Source: Limisphaerales bacterium
GTDB taxonomy: Bacteria > Verrucomicrobiota > Verrucomicrobiia > Limisphaerales > UBA11358
NCBI GenBank assembly: GCA_003133815.1
Contig: PKZR01000281.1
Location: forward strand, 1 to 38,151
Direction of reading: 5' to 3'
Length of the DNA stretch: 38,151 nt
The position numbers and the translations under genes were made by a program. Of this stretch, positions 17,976-26,698 are shown piece by piece (position 1 is the first letter of the stretch; every line of letters begins with the position of its first letter). The notes beneath the pieces are model-generated. The model saw only the letters and a program-made list of their open reading frames with translations. It made no database searches and was not told where the DNA came from.

Positions 17976-18359
17976 TCATTTCTTATCTTTTGCCCATTTG
18001 AGTGTGACGGTGAAGTTAGCCTTGGCTTCACCTTTAGTGACCAATGGGATTCCCATTTCGCCACCCAGCTCAACACCAAATTCAATCTCCACTTCATCAG
18101 GCTGCACTGCCTTCAGAGAATTAAGAACGCTTTCCGCGACAGCGGCCACTGATTTGAATTCATGCTCTAGATCAAGTTTTTTGGCCAAATCGCGAAAAGA
18201 CGCGGCATTACGCGGCACGTTGCCGCCGCCGTCAATACATTCCACGGCAATCGTAATTGGCTCACCGTTACTATCCTTGCTGGGCAACTTATAAATCGCC
18301 CGGTTAGTTCTGGTGTTGGGGGTTTGGTTTTTGAAGAATTGCGGTGCTTTCTTTGGCAT
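17976..18359 (-). CDS. Trypco2 (trypsin-co-occurring domain 2 / CU044_2847-like) protein
   Basis: The track start 18371 is TTG; ATG at 18359. The C-terminus PDEVEIEFGVELGGEMGIPLVTKGEAKANFTVTLKW matches, from memory, the Trypco2 signature (..EVEFG..L....G.....GGEANF.V.L.W). Confidence 0.65.
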   Translation of the reverse strand: MPKKAPQFFKNQTPNTRTNRAIYKLPSKDSNGEPITIAVECIDGGGNVPRNAASFRDLAKKLDLEHEFKSVAAVAESVLNSLKAVQPDEVEIEFGVELGGEMGIPLVTKGEAKANFTVTLKWAKDKK

Positions 18360-18418
18360 ATGTTTATACAATTTTGTTATAAAGACTTATCAAGTTAAAT
18401 TTTGTTTCTACCTTTAGA

Positions 18419-20074
18419 TTAGAGTTTCAGTAACTTGTCCAATTGCGGTTTGATGAGAGCCAGGTCAATCGCCTCGCGCACGGCTCCGCCAATCAACCAA
18501 GGGTTGACACCAATTTCCTGTAGTATTGTATGAGCACGATCACGCAACCGGTCGCGGACGGCAATCCGCGTATCGCGATCCATCTGTTCAAGCTTCAAGC
18601 CGTTGAGCGATGTGTCAATGTTGCGTATCGGCTCAGGTGCATAGTTAATGGGGCCTAGTTTGCCTGGATTTGTAAGGAAATCCTGTGCTTTCCTGCGGCC
18701 AATATCATAATCGTGATCGCGATAGCGACGGTCAAAAAAGCCGGCAAAGGCAAACAATTCCGAACTGGCCAGTTCGGAATCATTGGCGGTAATCCCGTAA
18801 ATGGTCATCTCGTCACGGGTGCCCAGTTGCGCGGCAGTTTCCAATGTTAGAAGGGTGTCAACAAAACTATCGGCCGTGGGCTTTCCTTTGTTTTGTAACA
18901 GCCCGTTGTATTCTGTTAAGAACTGGTCGTGAACACGTTTCCATGCCGAAGCCTGCGTCTCGTCCGGATTGCTTGAAAAGAGAAGCGGCAGCAACGCAGT
19001 AGTTCCAGGTTGAATTTTGGCTACATCGAGTGTTCCATTGAGTAACATCTTATAAAGTTCGTCTGCCCTTTGATTAAATAGCGCAACCTTTGCGTTAACG
19101 TCTTCGGCCATGATCCAGTCCTGAAAGCGCGCTTGTCCGAAGATGGAACTGACCAAGCGGACAGCCATTTCGCTGTAATCTGCTTTGCTCGCATTGAAAT
19201 CAGCATTGGCCGTGGAACTTTTCTCGCCGGGTGCAACGAATAGATAAAAACGGTTTTCCACATCCAGATGCTGGTCAATCTGATCAACCAGGTTCTTCGC
19301 CAAACCGAGTGGTTCGTTTTGGAACGTACCGCCATCGGTATAGGCGAATTTTTGTGTAGGCAGGATTTTTGAGGCGAGGTCGGGGTCGGTATATTCACTG
19401 GCGTGACGAATGACATCAATTACACGAAACGCAAATGCGAAGGCACCACAGGAAACACAAGCATTGCGGAGTGGCTCCCAAAACTCTTCAACGTCATCAA
19501 CATTGGGTTTATCAGATTCAATCCAAGTCACCAGTTCATCCTGGTGACGAGTGTAAATGAATTTGTCCTGTGTGCCATCAGGGCGTTTGGGCAACAGCGG
19601 CAGGCCATAATCAACGCCATTCAAATTTGAGAGAGCCAGCCCGAGTCGAAGCAATTTGGCGGATGCCGGATGTTGCTTGGGCTGAAGTTCTATGTGACTT
19701 TGATAACGTTGTGTGAGATAACGCACGGAAATATCTTCGACGAGTTGCGAGGAAAAAATGGACTTGGTTGCATCATCGTCGCCGTGCATTGTCAGCAGGC
19801 CATCAATGCTGATGTCGGCAACCCAAGGACGATAAAAACAATTATCATAACTCCCGGTAAGCGCATCGGCTTCAAATGCAAGTTTTTGTGCGGCGATTGT
19901 CGCCGTCATCCCTCCTGCGGACGCACCAGTGAGAACATCAATTTCAATCCTCGTGGCTGGATTGGCAGTTGCGTTGTGCTTTCCGATGGCATAAATGATT
20001 TCGTAAAGCACACCGGCTTCGTAGCTACCGAGCGAAACGGCACCGGATATCGTAATTGCAAGGCGTTTGGACAT
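18419..20074 (-). CDS. patatin-like phospholipase
   Basis: ATG at 20074. Oxyanion region ITISGAVSLGSYEAG, nucleophile elbow GASAGG (GxSxG), catalytic Asp in YTDGG. Confidence 0.9.
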   Translation of the reverse strand: MSKRLAITISGAVSLGSYEAGVLYEIIYAIGKHNATANPATRIEIDVLTGASAGGMTATIAAQKLAFEADALTGSYDNCFYRPWVADISIDGLLTMHGDDDATKSIFSSQLVEDISVRYLTQRYQSHIELQPKQHPASAKLLRLGLALSNLNGVDYGLPLLPKRPDGTQDKFIYTRHQDELVTWIESDKPNVDDVEEFWEPLRNACVSCGAFAFAFRVIDVIRHASEYTDPDLASKILPTQKFAYTDGGTFQNEPLGLAKNLVDQIDQHLDVENRFYLFVAPGEKSSTANADFNASKADYSEMAVRLVSSIFGQARFQDWIMAEDVNAKVALFNQRADELYKMLLNGTLDVAKIQPGTTALLPLLFSSNPDETQASAWKRVHDQFLTEYNGLLQNKGKPTADSFVDTLLTLETAAQLGTRDEMTIYGITANDSELASSELFAFAGFFDRRYRDHDYDIGRRKAQDFLTNPGKLGPINYAPEPIRNIDTSLNGLKLEQMDRDTRIAVRDRLRDRAHTILQEIGVNPWLIGGAVREAIDLALIKPQLDKLLKL

Positions 20075-20156
20075 GATTCAAGTTTTTGATTCGCTTTCCT
20101 TCACAAAGGAGAGAATTAATCGACATCACCCATTTCTGATTATTTTCTCAACCTGT

Positions 20157-20297
20157 TTATTGAACAGGCGTAACTGTATAATTGCCGTTAGCTTGTTCAC
20201 TTATACTCAATTGCTGGACATGATCGAAATTGATGAAGTCTTGCACCACCTGGCCCACTTGGCCGGGAGGAACTTCGGATATTGGCGGTGGAATCAT
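20157..20297 (-). CDS. possible 46-aa small protein (not in the ORF track; below its size cutoff)
   Basis: Hand translation gives MIPPPISEVPPGQVGQVVQDFINFDHVQQLSISEQANGNYTVTPVQ*. The ATG lies 4 nt after the stop of 20302..20496 on the same strand. Confidence 0.3.
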   Translation of the reverse strand: MIPPPISEVPPGQVGQVVQDFINFDHVQQLSISEQANGNYTVTPVQ

Positions 20298-20301
20298 AAT
20301 T

Positions 20302-20496
20302 TTATTTGATTTGAAATTTGCTGACTATTTCTTTCCTTACTTTGCTGAAATCTTTGCCACAAAGAGCATGCGTAATTCCATGTGGGGAGCATCCTTTCCC
20401 CTCCAGAAATTTGTTTAGAAGTTTGCAATTAGCTCGTGGATTCACATTGATCCATTTTCTAATCTTCGGTGTATTTTGATCCTGTCTGTGTTTCAT
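20302..20496 (-). CDS. small protein homologous to the C-terminal ~57 aa of the upstream lipoprotein
   Basis: ATG at 20496. NTPKIRKWINVNP...VRKEIVSKFQIK compares with NTSKIRAWLNVSA...IRSNIVTEFKIN at the C-terminus of 20508..21794. Confidence 0.5.
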   Translation of the reverse strand: MKHRQDQNTPKIRKWINVNPRANCKLLNKFLEGKGCSPHGITHALCGKDFSKVRKEIVSKFQIK

Positions 20497-20507
20497 AGAT
20501 TGCCTTA

Positions 20508-21794
20508 TTAGTTGATTTTGAATTCAGTGACAATATTCGACCTGATATCGGAAAATTGTCCGGAGTTAAGGACGTTTCCTATACCATATTTATCTAATAA
20601 AGGCTGGCCAAGCCAGCCGCGAAGCTGATCTACATGCGGAGGACTTGCGGAAACATTGAGCCATGCTCGAATTTTAGAGGTGTTCTCGTCCGCTCCATAT
20701 TTAGTTGGGGGTGCTACCGGGTTTGGAATTGTGCCCGTCAAATGTTGGAAGGTTGGAACGGGCATGCCGATATCCCCGTTGGTATTGATAGGAACATCGA
20801 AACCTAAATAACCTATTGCCAGAAGACGGTCGAACGATTGCGAAAGCCCAACGGTTGATCCGCTTGCGGATATGAAACTGACTGCGGCACCTACCTGCGT
20901 TGCGCTTGCAGCCGCTGCAGTCAGATTGCTTAAAAGGTTGGTGTAACCTGAATTTATATCGCCATTTGTCGTCAGCAGTGAGACGTTATTTACAGTCCCA
21001 CCTTTACCTCCCGCATTTTGAGAATCTGAACGTTGCAACGAAACATCAACAGCACGCGCAAAGTAAATGCGTGATACCACACGTAGGAATACTACTGTGG
21101 GGGCTGCATTCATTGCCGCGCTTTTCAAGAGATCCTGATTCGCCGGTATATTAGCCCAATCCTGTAAAAGGGAGAGCAACTGATTGGGATCTCCAGCATA
21201 AGTGCGCGCATCAGCAATTGTTACCGAACCGTTCACTTGTTGACTGTTTAAATAACTCAATGCAACCGGGATCCCTTGTATTGGGAATGCTGCATTAAAT
21301 CCAAAACTGCTGCTGGAATGAAACGAATAGGTTGGGAATGCGGCGCGAGGCAATGGGGCATCCACCAAACTGACGGCTTGAGTGCTGCTATAAGCAGCGG
21401 CATTTGTGAAAAGCGGTACCGGATGCGGCGTGCTCCCAAACTCATCTTTCCAATAGCTGTCAAAATACTCTTTTGAAAAATTCGTATAGGCTAGCCTAAC
21501 AACAGCGTCATCAAGCGGCAGAAAACCGCTTTTATTGTAGGCGCTTGCTTGGTCGGATATGGGCGTTCGCACTAAAAAAACATCTCCCACTACAAGGTCT
21601 TCTGTAAGGGGATAAACTGGAATGACCTGGCTGGCACGAATCATTTGACACCAGCCTTTGGCCACTCCCTCCAAGTTTTTGCGTGCCAGATAAGAGGCGC
21701 ACCCGGAGGATAACATCAAAATCAATGTTGCAATGATGAGCGGGATCGAGACGAATGTTTTAAATATGCCGGCATTTTTTCTGTGGTTTTTCAT
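20508..21794 (-). CDS. hypothetical lipoprotein
   Basis: ATG at 21794. Signal peptide with lipobox LMLSSGC. Confidence 0.65.
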   Translation of the reverse strand: MKNHRKNAGIFKTFVSIPLIIATLILMLSSGCASYLARKNLEGVAKGWCQMIRASQVIPVYPLTEDLVVGDVFLVRTPISDQASAYNKSGFLPLDDAVVRLAYTNFSKEYFDSYWKDEFGSTPHPVPLFTNAAAYSSTQAVSLVDAPLPRAAFPTYSFHSSSSFGFNAAFPIQGIPVALSYLNSQQVNGSVTIADARTYAGDPNQLLSLLQDWANIPANQDLLKSAAMNAAPTVVFLRVVSRIYFARAVDVSLQRSDSQNAGGKGGTVNNVSLLTTNGDINSGYTNLLSNLTAAAASATQVGAAVSFISASGSTVGLSQSFDRLLAIGYLGFDVPINTNGDIGMPVPTFQHLTGTIPNPVAPPTKYGADENTSKIRAWLNVSASPPHVDQLRGWLGQPLLDKYGIGNVLNSGQFSDIRSNIVTEFKIN

Positions 21795-21838
21795 GGTTTG
21801 AATTTTGTTCGGCTTTGAAGCATGTGCATTTCAAAAAA

Positions 21839-23194
21839 TCAAGGGTTTGAACACATGGACAATACTGGTTCACTACTGCATATTGCATCAATTGTTTGTT
21901 TTAACTGATTACAAGCAAGCTTTAAGTCTCCCAAGCTTTGAAGTTGGCGTTGTTGTTCCAACTGTTGGCCAGCAGGAGAAGTGTTAAATGTTTGGTTCAC
22001 AGCAAATGCTCCGCTCATTAAGGTAGAGAACCGATAGTGGACATTTTTTAAATTCGCAATGTTGGCGTTATATGAGCTTTCAATTCCGGTGGTATCTGTC
22101 CCGCCATATTTTTCCTTCAAATATTTCGCGATAATGTCATCAAGAGTGGTATCGTTGAAGGGATTGACCGTGCGCGGCATATCACTCAACGCGGAAACTT
22201 TATAACCAGACCAAATGCCGGGAAACAAGTCTCTAAGCTGCTCACACGTTACACGATATTTCTGTAGTTCTTGCGGTTGATCATCGGGAGATGCCAACGT
22301 AAATTTTTCAGCCTGATCAGTCACCATTTTTATAAGCCGATTTCCGTAATCCATGCGTTCTTTCACTTCGCCACCCAGTTCATTGCGCACAGGAATTACA
22401 TCCTTATTTGTGCTGGGGATTACTATGGGTGGATTTGTACCGGGGTTCACAATGGGTGGTTTGTCATGTCCATTGAAAAGCAATTTGTAAAGACCTGGCG
22501 GAAATTCGAATGCGGCGGCTGTAAAAAGCGAGAAGGCAACCAAGATTGTCAAAATCACAACTGCCCACAGCAAAACAAGCATCGGCTTTATAAAATTCTT
22601 GTCCTCAAATCGTGCAAGCTTGGCGAAACCAAGAACGCAAACCATCAATACCAGCACGATTACGGCACCAAATATGGCAACTCGAAAATCAATGCGCCAC
22701 GCTGCCACGATGGCCACAACTGCCACAAGTCCCAACACGGCGAGAGCGTATCGCATTGCCGGCACTGCTTTGATTGCTTGATTCAAAATCTCAATGGGAC
22801 TCCAACCCGAACTTTTTTGTTTTGGTAGTTGTTCATCCATATATTCCTCCACTTTTTGTGTGAATGGCGTCCATGAATCAGATTCCTGGGCCGCTCTTGT
22901 AATGCAGGCTAATAGCTTGTTGATTTGAACCTGATCTGAAGGCAAAGAGATGGTAAGATGACCGGCTGAGCTTTCCACCCACAGACACGGCAGGTCGGTT
23001 ATCTTCAGGTCAGGATACCTTTTTGAGTCTGCGGCTGAATAAACATCGCCGGCATCTCCCTTCAAAACTGTGCTTGCTATCGCTACGTATAAATGATCTC
23101 CCGTGATGGCCGAAATCTCCTCTTTGTGATTATGAAAATAATCCCAGGCGCCTTGATTAACTTTCGCAAAAAGAGGGATGACTGTAATGACCAT
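21839..23194 (-). CDS. hypothetical membrane protein (soluble N-domain, ~3-4 TM helices, soluble C-domain)
   Basis: ATG at 23194. The central hydrophobic block is AMRYALAVLGLVAVVAIVAAW...IFGAVIVLVLMVCVLGF...MLVLLWAVVILTILVAFSLF. Confidence 0.6.
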   Translation of the reverse strand: MVITVIPLFAKVNQGAWDYFHNHKEEISAITGDHLYVAIASTVLKGDAGDVYSAADSKRYPDLKITDLPCLWVESSAGHLTISLPSDQVQINKLLACITRAAQESDSWTPFTQKVEEYMDEQLPKQKSSGWSPIEILNQAIKAVPAMRYALAVLGLVAVVAIVAAWRIDFRVAIFGAVIVLVLMVCVLGFAKLARFEDKNFIKPMLVLLWAVVILTILVAFSLFTAAAFEFPPGLYKLLFNGHDKPPIVNPGTNPPIVIPSTNKDVIPVRNELGGEVKERMDYGNRLIKMVTDQAEKFTLASPDDQPQELQKYRVTCEQLRDLFPGIWSGYKVSALSDMPRTVNPFNDTTLDDIIAKYLKEKYGGTDTTGIESSYNANIANLKNVHYRFSTLMSGAFAVNQTFNTSPAGQQLEQQRQLQSLGDLKLACNQLKQTIDAICSSEPVLSMCSNP

Positions 23195-23197
23195 AAT

Positions 23198-23788
23198 TCA
23201 ACCATTAAGGCAGGCTTTCCACGCTGCGCGTAATTCATCCGCAGTTGGTTTGCGATTTTTTGGTAAATGACTCTCGATACAGGATGGTGTTGGTATTCCA
23301 CCAACACCACCATCGGGATCAGTCACAATAAGAAAAAGAGCCGGACCCACCGGATGCCGAAACAAAGCTGTTTGTTCGTGATCTTCAATCCTGATCTTCG
23401 GCAAAAAATTAGAGCCGAATTCTCTCCTTGTATTAACCAAGCCGCTCAACTTTTCCACATTGTGGAATCCAAACGCGTCGAGCGAATATTTGAGGTCTTC
23501 TCCATTCGCAACTTTGCCGGAAACTTCTGAAGCGGCCCATAGCAAAGTGCGCTTGTGAGCGCTCGCCACATCCATACCGCTGGTTGCATTATAAACAAAA
23601 AGTTCCCGTAGTAATTGCATATGATTTTCCAGCGCATCATTAAAAAATGTCCGGGCCACCCTGATGATTTGAACCCGAATGAACCGGCAATATTCCGACC
23701 AATTTACATACAACTGCAACAGGAGAGTTGCCATCGTAAGTATGGCGAAAACAGCAATTGCTATCCATAGCCAATGTTTAAAATTCAT
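23198..23788 (-). CDS. hypothetical N-terminally anchored protein
   Basis: The track start 23791 is TTG; ATG at 23788. TM helix WLWIAIAVFAILTMATLLLQL. Its stop lies 3 nt before the next ATG. Confidence 0.55.
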   Translation of the reverse strand: MNFKHWLWIAIAVFAILTMATLLLQLYVNWSEYCRFIRVQIIRVARTFFNDALENHMQLLRELFVYNATSGMDVASAHKRTLLWAASEVSGKVANGEDLKYSLDAFGFHNVEKLSGLVNTRREFGSNFLPKIRIEDHEQTALFRHPVGPALFLIVTDPDGGVGGIPTPSCIESHLPKNRKPTADELRAAWKACLNG

Positions 23789-23929
23789 CAAACACTCCCC
23801 CGCTCATTAAAACGGGAGAAAAATAATTGCCAGCCGCGTATTTGAAAAGATTAAAACAAAATAATTTATTCTCGTCTGATAGCGTTTGGAATTGTCAAAA
23901 GTTCCATTTTCGATTGTTTTCACGTATTT

Positions 23930-24005
23930 CCTGTGAATTGACTGTCAAATATGGTGTTTCTCATTGAGAGCAGGAAATTGGCCTTCATTTTGTCCTGGAC
24001 GCGGG
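23930..24005 (-). pseudogene. relic of a second large serine recombinase gene
   Basis: 23954-24005 matches 15134-15185, inside the intact recombinase gene, at 46 of 52 nt. In the same frame it reads RVQDKMKANFLLSMRNTI versus RVQEKIKANFLLSRRNTI. Weaker colinear similarity extends to 23930. Confidence 0.5.
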
Positions 24006-24023
24006 GCTTCAGCCAATATCGGC

Positions 24024-24158
24024 TTAAAACCTCTGTTTCTTGCGTTTAATGAGAAAGGCGACTATGAGAAACGGAATGGCAATTACAAGGGCGATGAACG
24101 GCGCTTGTTCGAGCATTTTAAGGCCATGTTGAATTCCTGGGTCTTGCAGGGGTGTCAT
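24024..24158 (-). CDS. possible 44-aa single-TM peptide (not in the ORF track)
   Basis: Hand translation gives MTPLQDPGIQHGLKMLEQAPFIALVIAIPFLIVAFLIKRKKQRF*. It starts 30 nt downstream of the small P-loop gene on the same strand. Confidence 0.25.
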   Translation of the reverse strand: MTPLQDPGIQHGLKMLEQAPFIALVIAIPFLIVAFLIKRKKQRF

Positions 24159-24188
24159 ACGCTTGCTTTATTCAGATTAGCCGCCAGA

Positions 24189-24614
24189 TTATAGTAATTT
24201 CTTTATTTTATTAAAAATGATTCGCGCCAAAACTTTGTTGCGCCGATCTTGTAATTTAATAATTGGCTCTGCTTTCTTGTGATGCCAGATAATTATGAAT
24301 TCTGGTTTGAGGCTTTCAACTGCAAATACCGTTCCACCCCAATTTCTCGTTGTGCAGACAATGATATTGCATTTTTCTTTTTTGAATCGCTGAAGGCTTT
24401 CAGCCAGCCGACTGTTTGGGTCGCCCTGGCTCTCAATGCCAATTAATACGTCGTTGATCTTCATTATCAGAGAAATGTCGGCTCCGGGCGAGTGCAGGTG
24501 TTTAATGGGCGTAGTCGGATATGCCATTTTTAACAACCCGAAAATGTTTTTGATTGTGGAGCTTTTGCCGGTGTTGGCCGAGCCATAGACGGCAAAAATG
24601 GTCTTGGGATTCAT
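24189..24614 (-). CDS. small stand-alone P-loop NTPase-like protein (141 aa)
   Basis: The track start 24623 is TTG; ATG at 24614. Walker A GSANTGKSS, and a possible Walker B-like LIGIESQGD. It lies 108 nt downstream of the OLD-family gene on the same strand. Confidence 0.55.
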   Translation of the reverse strand: MNPKTIFAVYGSANTGKSSTIKNIFGLLKMAYPTTPIKHLHSPGADISLIMKINDVLIGIESQGDPNSRLAESLQRFKKEKCNIIVCTTRNWGGTVFAVESLKPEFIIIWHHKKAEPIIKLQDRRNKVLARIIFNKIKKLL

Positions 24615-24722
24615 ACGCCTCAATTCAATACTAATGCGACAAATTGAAACACAAAAAAATCATAAAATGTGTATATCAACAAGGATGAAAAACGCACGAT
24701 TTTCCTTGGCGAAAGCGCAAAG

Positions 24723-26540
24723 TTACCAGTTGAATGCAAATTGGACTAAATCTTTGATTTCAGCTTTCAGCGGATCTTCGCTTTCAACGATTTCTTTTAC
24801 ACGCTTCCAGATTCTATAGGGCTTATCACCGGAAGACTTTGGACGTTCCTCCCAAAACAAGTCTTCGAGAGTGTCGTCAATAACGCGAATGTTAGCAGGT
24901 TCCACAAATTGCGCGATTCGCGCATTCGCATTGTATGGATCAATTGGAATAGCCTCAGCAAGTTCCGCATCTGTGCGTCCTTTCTTGTCTCGGTCATGGA
25001 TTATTCGGAACGGAATCTCAAATTGTTTAAGCAAATTAGCTATAGGAGCAATTGTCCATTTTCCACCGCAGGAAACGACCGTGCAAAGAGATCGTTTTGC
25101 CATATCGACTTCGGCCTTGGCATAAAGCTCTTGCTGGTGAACCAGCAACGCCATTTCAGAATCACCTTCCACAAGCACGGTCCGTTTAGCAAAGAATGCT
25201 TCACAAACGGTGGGATGGAAGTCCAGAACAGCTCGCAGAGCTTCCCGATCTCGTTTCGATTCCACATCTTGGCCGAATGGGTCAACCTTGAGTTGGGAAA
25301 CCGTGGGAGGCGTTTTTGAATTTTCTCTTTTGAACACCGCGAGAGATAAAGGATCTGATCCAATATCAATTAAAAATGGCGAATGGGTGCTAACGATGAC
25401 TTGCCAATCCAGTTTCTGCGAAATTGCATGAAGGGCAGTCTTCAGCCTTCGCATGATATGTGGATGCAAGAAAAGTTCCGGTTCTTCAAAGAGGATGATT
25501 GTGCTTCGGGAGTGCAGTAAAACATTGGCCTCGTCCGTTATTTGAGCATTTTGTGCCGCCAGAACTTCCATCAACGCAAATATTAATGCCCGCTGCAAAC
25601 CGTTCCCCTGCAATTCAATTGAGGTTTTTGTTCCATCATCAAGGGCTATGCCGGTATTTGCGCCAATAAATTTTTCTGCATTTGGTGTTTCCATCGTCAG
25701 GAGCACCTTGGCATCAATTGTTGATGAAAGCCGTTCCGATATGAGCCTCGTGACTTCCCCAACTTTTTGAATTTGTTGTTCACCTTCAGCCGCAAGTTTA
25801 ACTTGAAGGTTTTCAACGGCCGTCATCAGGGTTAAATATTCTTCCGAAGTTTGAACCGCCGGAAGGATAATTTTGTTCAGGATCAAACCGAACGAGGTCT
25901 TGGCACCCGGTTTGCTATCTTCGCTCGCATTTCTAACAGCCGGAATTATCTGGGCTTGAGGAATGGCCTGCTGAAGAGCAGCATCAATGCTTATATTTTC
26001 ACCGGACCACTTTGGTTCACTCTGCGTAATTAATTCGGGTTTTGTTTCACGTATGCGTTGTCTGACCTGTTCCTGTTTTGCAGTGGGTTTCCATGTAGTT
26101 TGGTTCGTTATACCCAATTCTCCGGCGACGGCCTGAATTTCGGCATTTAGAGTGGCCCATTTATCCGACCAGCCGGCAATCACTTCCTCTGGTTTGAATG
26201 CCTCATACACTTTTTTTATTTTTTCAGTCTCGGCTTCGATAAAAAACCGGACGCGTAAGCGAATTTTGTCTGCATGAACAACTCCAGCTACGCCGGGTGT
26301 GGCTTTTTCCCATTCCTGTAAATCACCAAATTCACCTTCAATGATCATTTCCTTATCTTTATGCCCCTTGCGCCATTCCTCAATGCTTGGCGATTGTTGG
26401 TTCAAAAAGATTTCAATGGCGCGTAATACTGAAGATTTGCCACAATTATTCGGTCCAATAAAACTGGTAAAACCCCTGATATTGATAGTTGTGTCTTCAA
26501 TGCATCGAATGTTTTTTACTGTGATTGATTTTAATTTCAT
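24723..26540 (-). CDS. OLD-family ATP-dependent nuclease (ABC-type ATPase + C-terminal Toprim)
   Basis: ATG at 26540. MKLKSITVKNIRCI...FIGPNNCGKSS (Walker A), ILFEEPELFLHP (Walker B / D-loop region), Toprim TVLVEGDSEMALL and IIHDRDKKG. Confidence 0.85.
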   Translation of the reverse strand: MKLKSITVKNIRCIEDTTINIRGFTSFIGPNNCGKSSVLRAIEIFLNQQSPSIEEWRKGHKDKEMIIEGEFGDLQEWEKATPGVAGVVHADKIRLRVRFFIEAETEKIKKVYEAFKPEEVIAGWSDKWATLNAEIQAVAGELGITNQTTWKPTAKQEQVRQRIRETKPELITQSEPKWSGENISIDAALQQAIPQAQIIPAVRNASEDSKPGAKTSFGLILNKIILPAVQTSEEYLTLMTAVENLQVKLAAEGEQQIQKVGEVTRLISERLSSTIDAKVLLTMETPNAEKFIGANTGIALDDGTKTSIELQGNGLQRALIFALMEVLAAQNAQITDEANVLLHSRSTIILFEEPELFLHPHIMRRLKTALHAISQKLDWQVIVSTHSPFLIDIGSDPLSLAVFKRENSKTPPTVSQLKVDPFGQDVESKRDREALRAVLDFHPTVCEAFFAKRTVLVEGDSEMALLVHQQELYAKAEVDMAKRSLCTVVSCGGKWTIAPIANLLKQFEIPFRIIHDRDKKGRTDAELAEAIPIDPYNANARIAQFVEPANIRVIDDTLEDLFWEERPKSSGDKPYRIWKRVKEIVESEDPLKAEIKDLVQFAFNW

Positions 26541-26698
26541 AAAGAAAATCCGAAAACTCGTAAAGACGTTTTGTTGATTATACTACTCCCGGCCAAAATT
26601 GCACCTTTAAAAGTTCGCCTCTATATCGCATAATGCTGCGAGGTATTTTGCGATTGCCTAAAATTATTCGCGGGTTAAGATGATGAAAACGAACTCCG

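Noticed and set aside
22271-22828. 185-aa plus-strand ORF
   Set aside because: It is antisense to the TM-helix block of 21839..23194. Its composition (Cys/His/Asn/Lys-rich) is typical of the reverse complement of a hydrophobic coding region.
24189-26540. Gabija or PARIS assignment for the OLD-type gene
   Set aside because: There is no UvrD-like helicase (GajB) partner. The ATPase and Toprim are fused in one protein, not split as in AriA/AriB.
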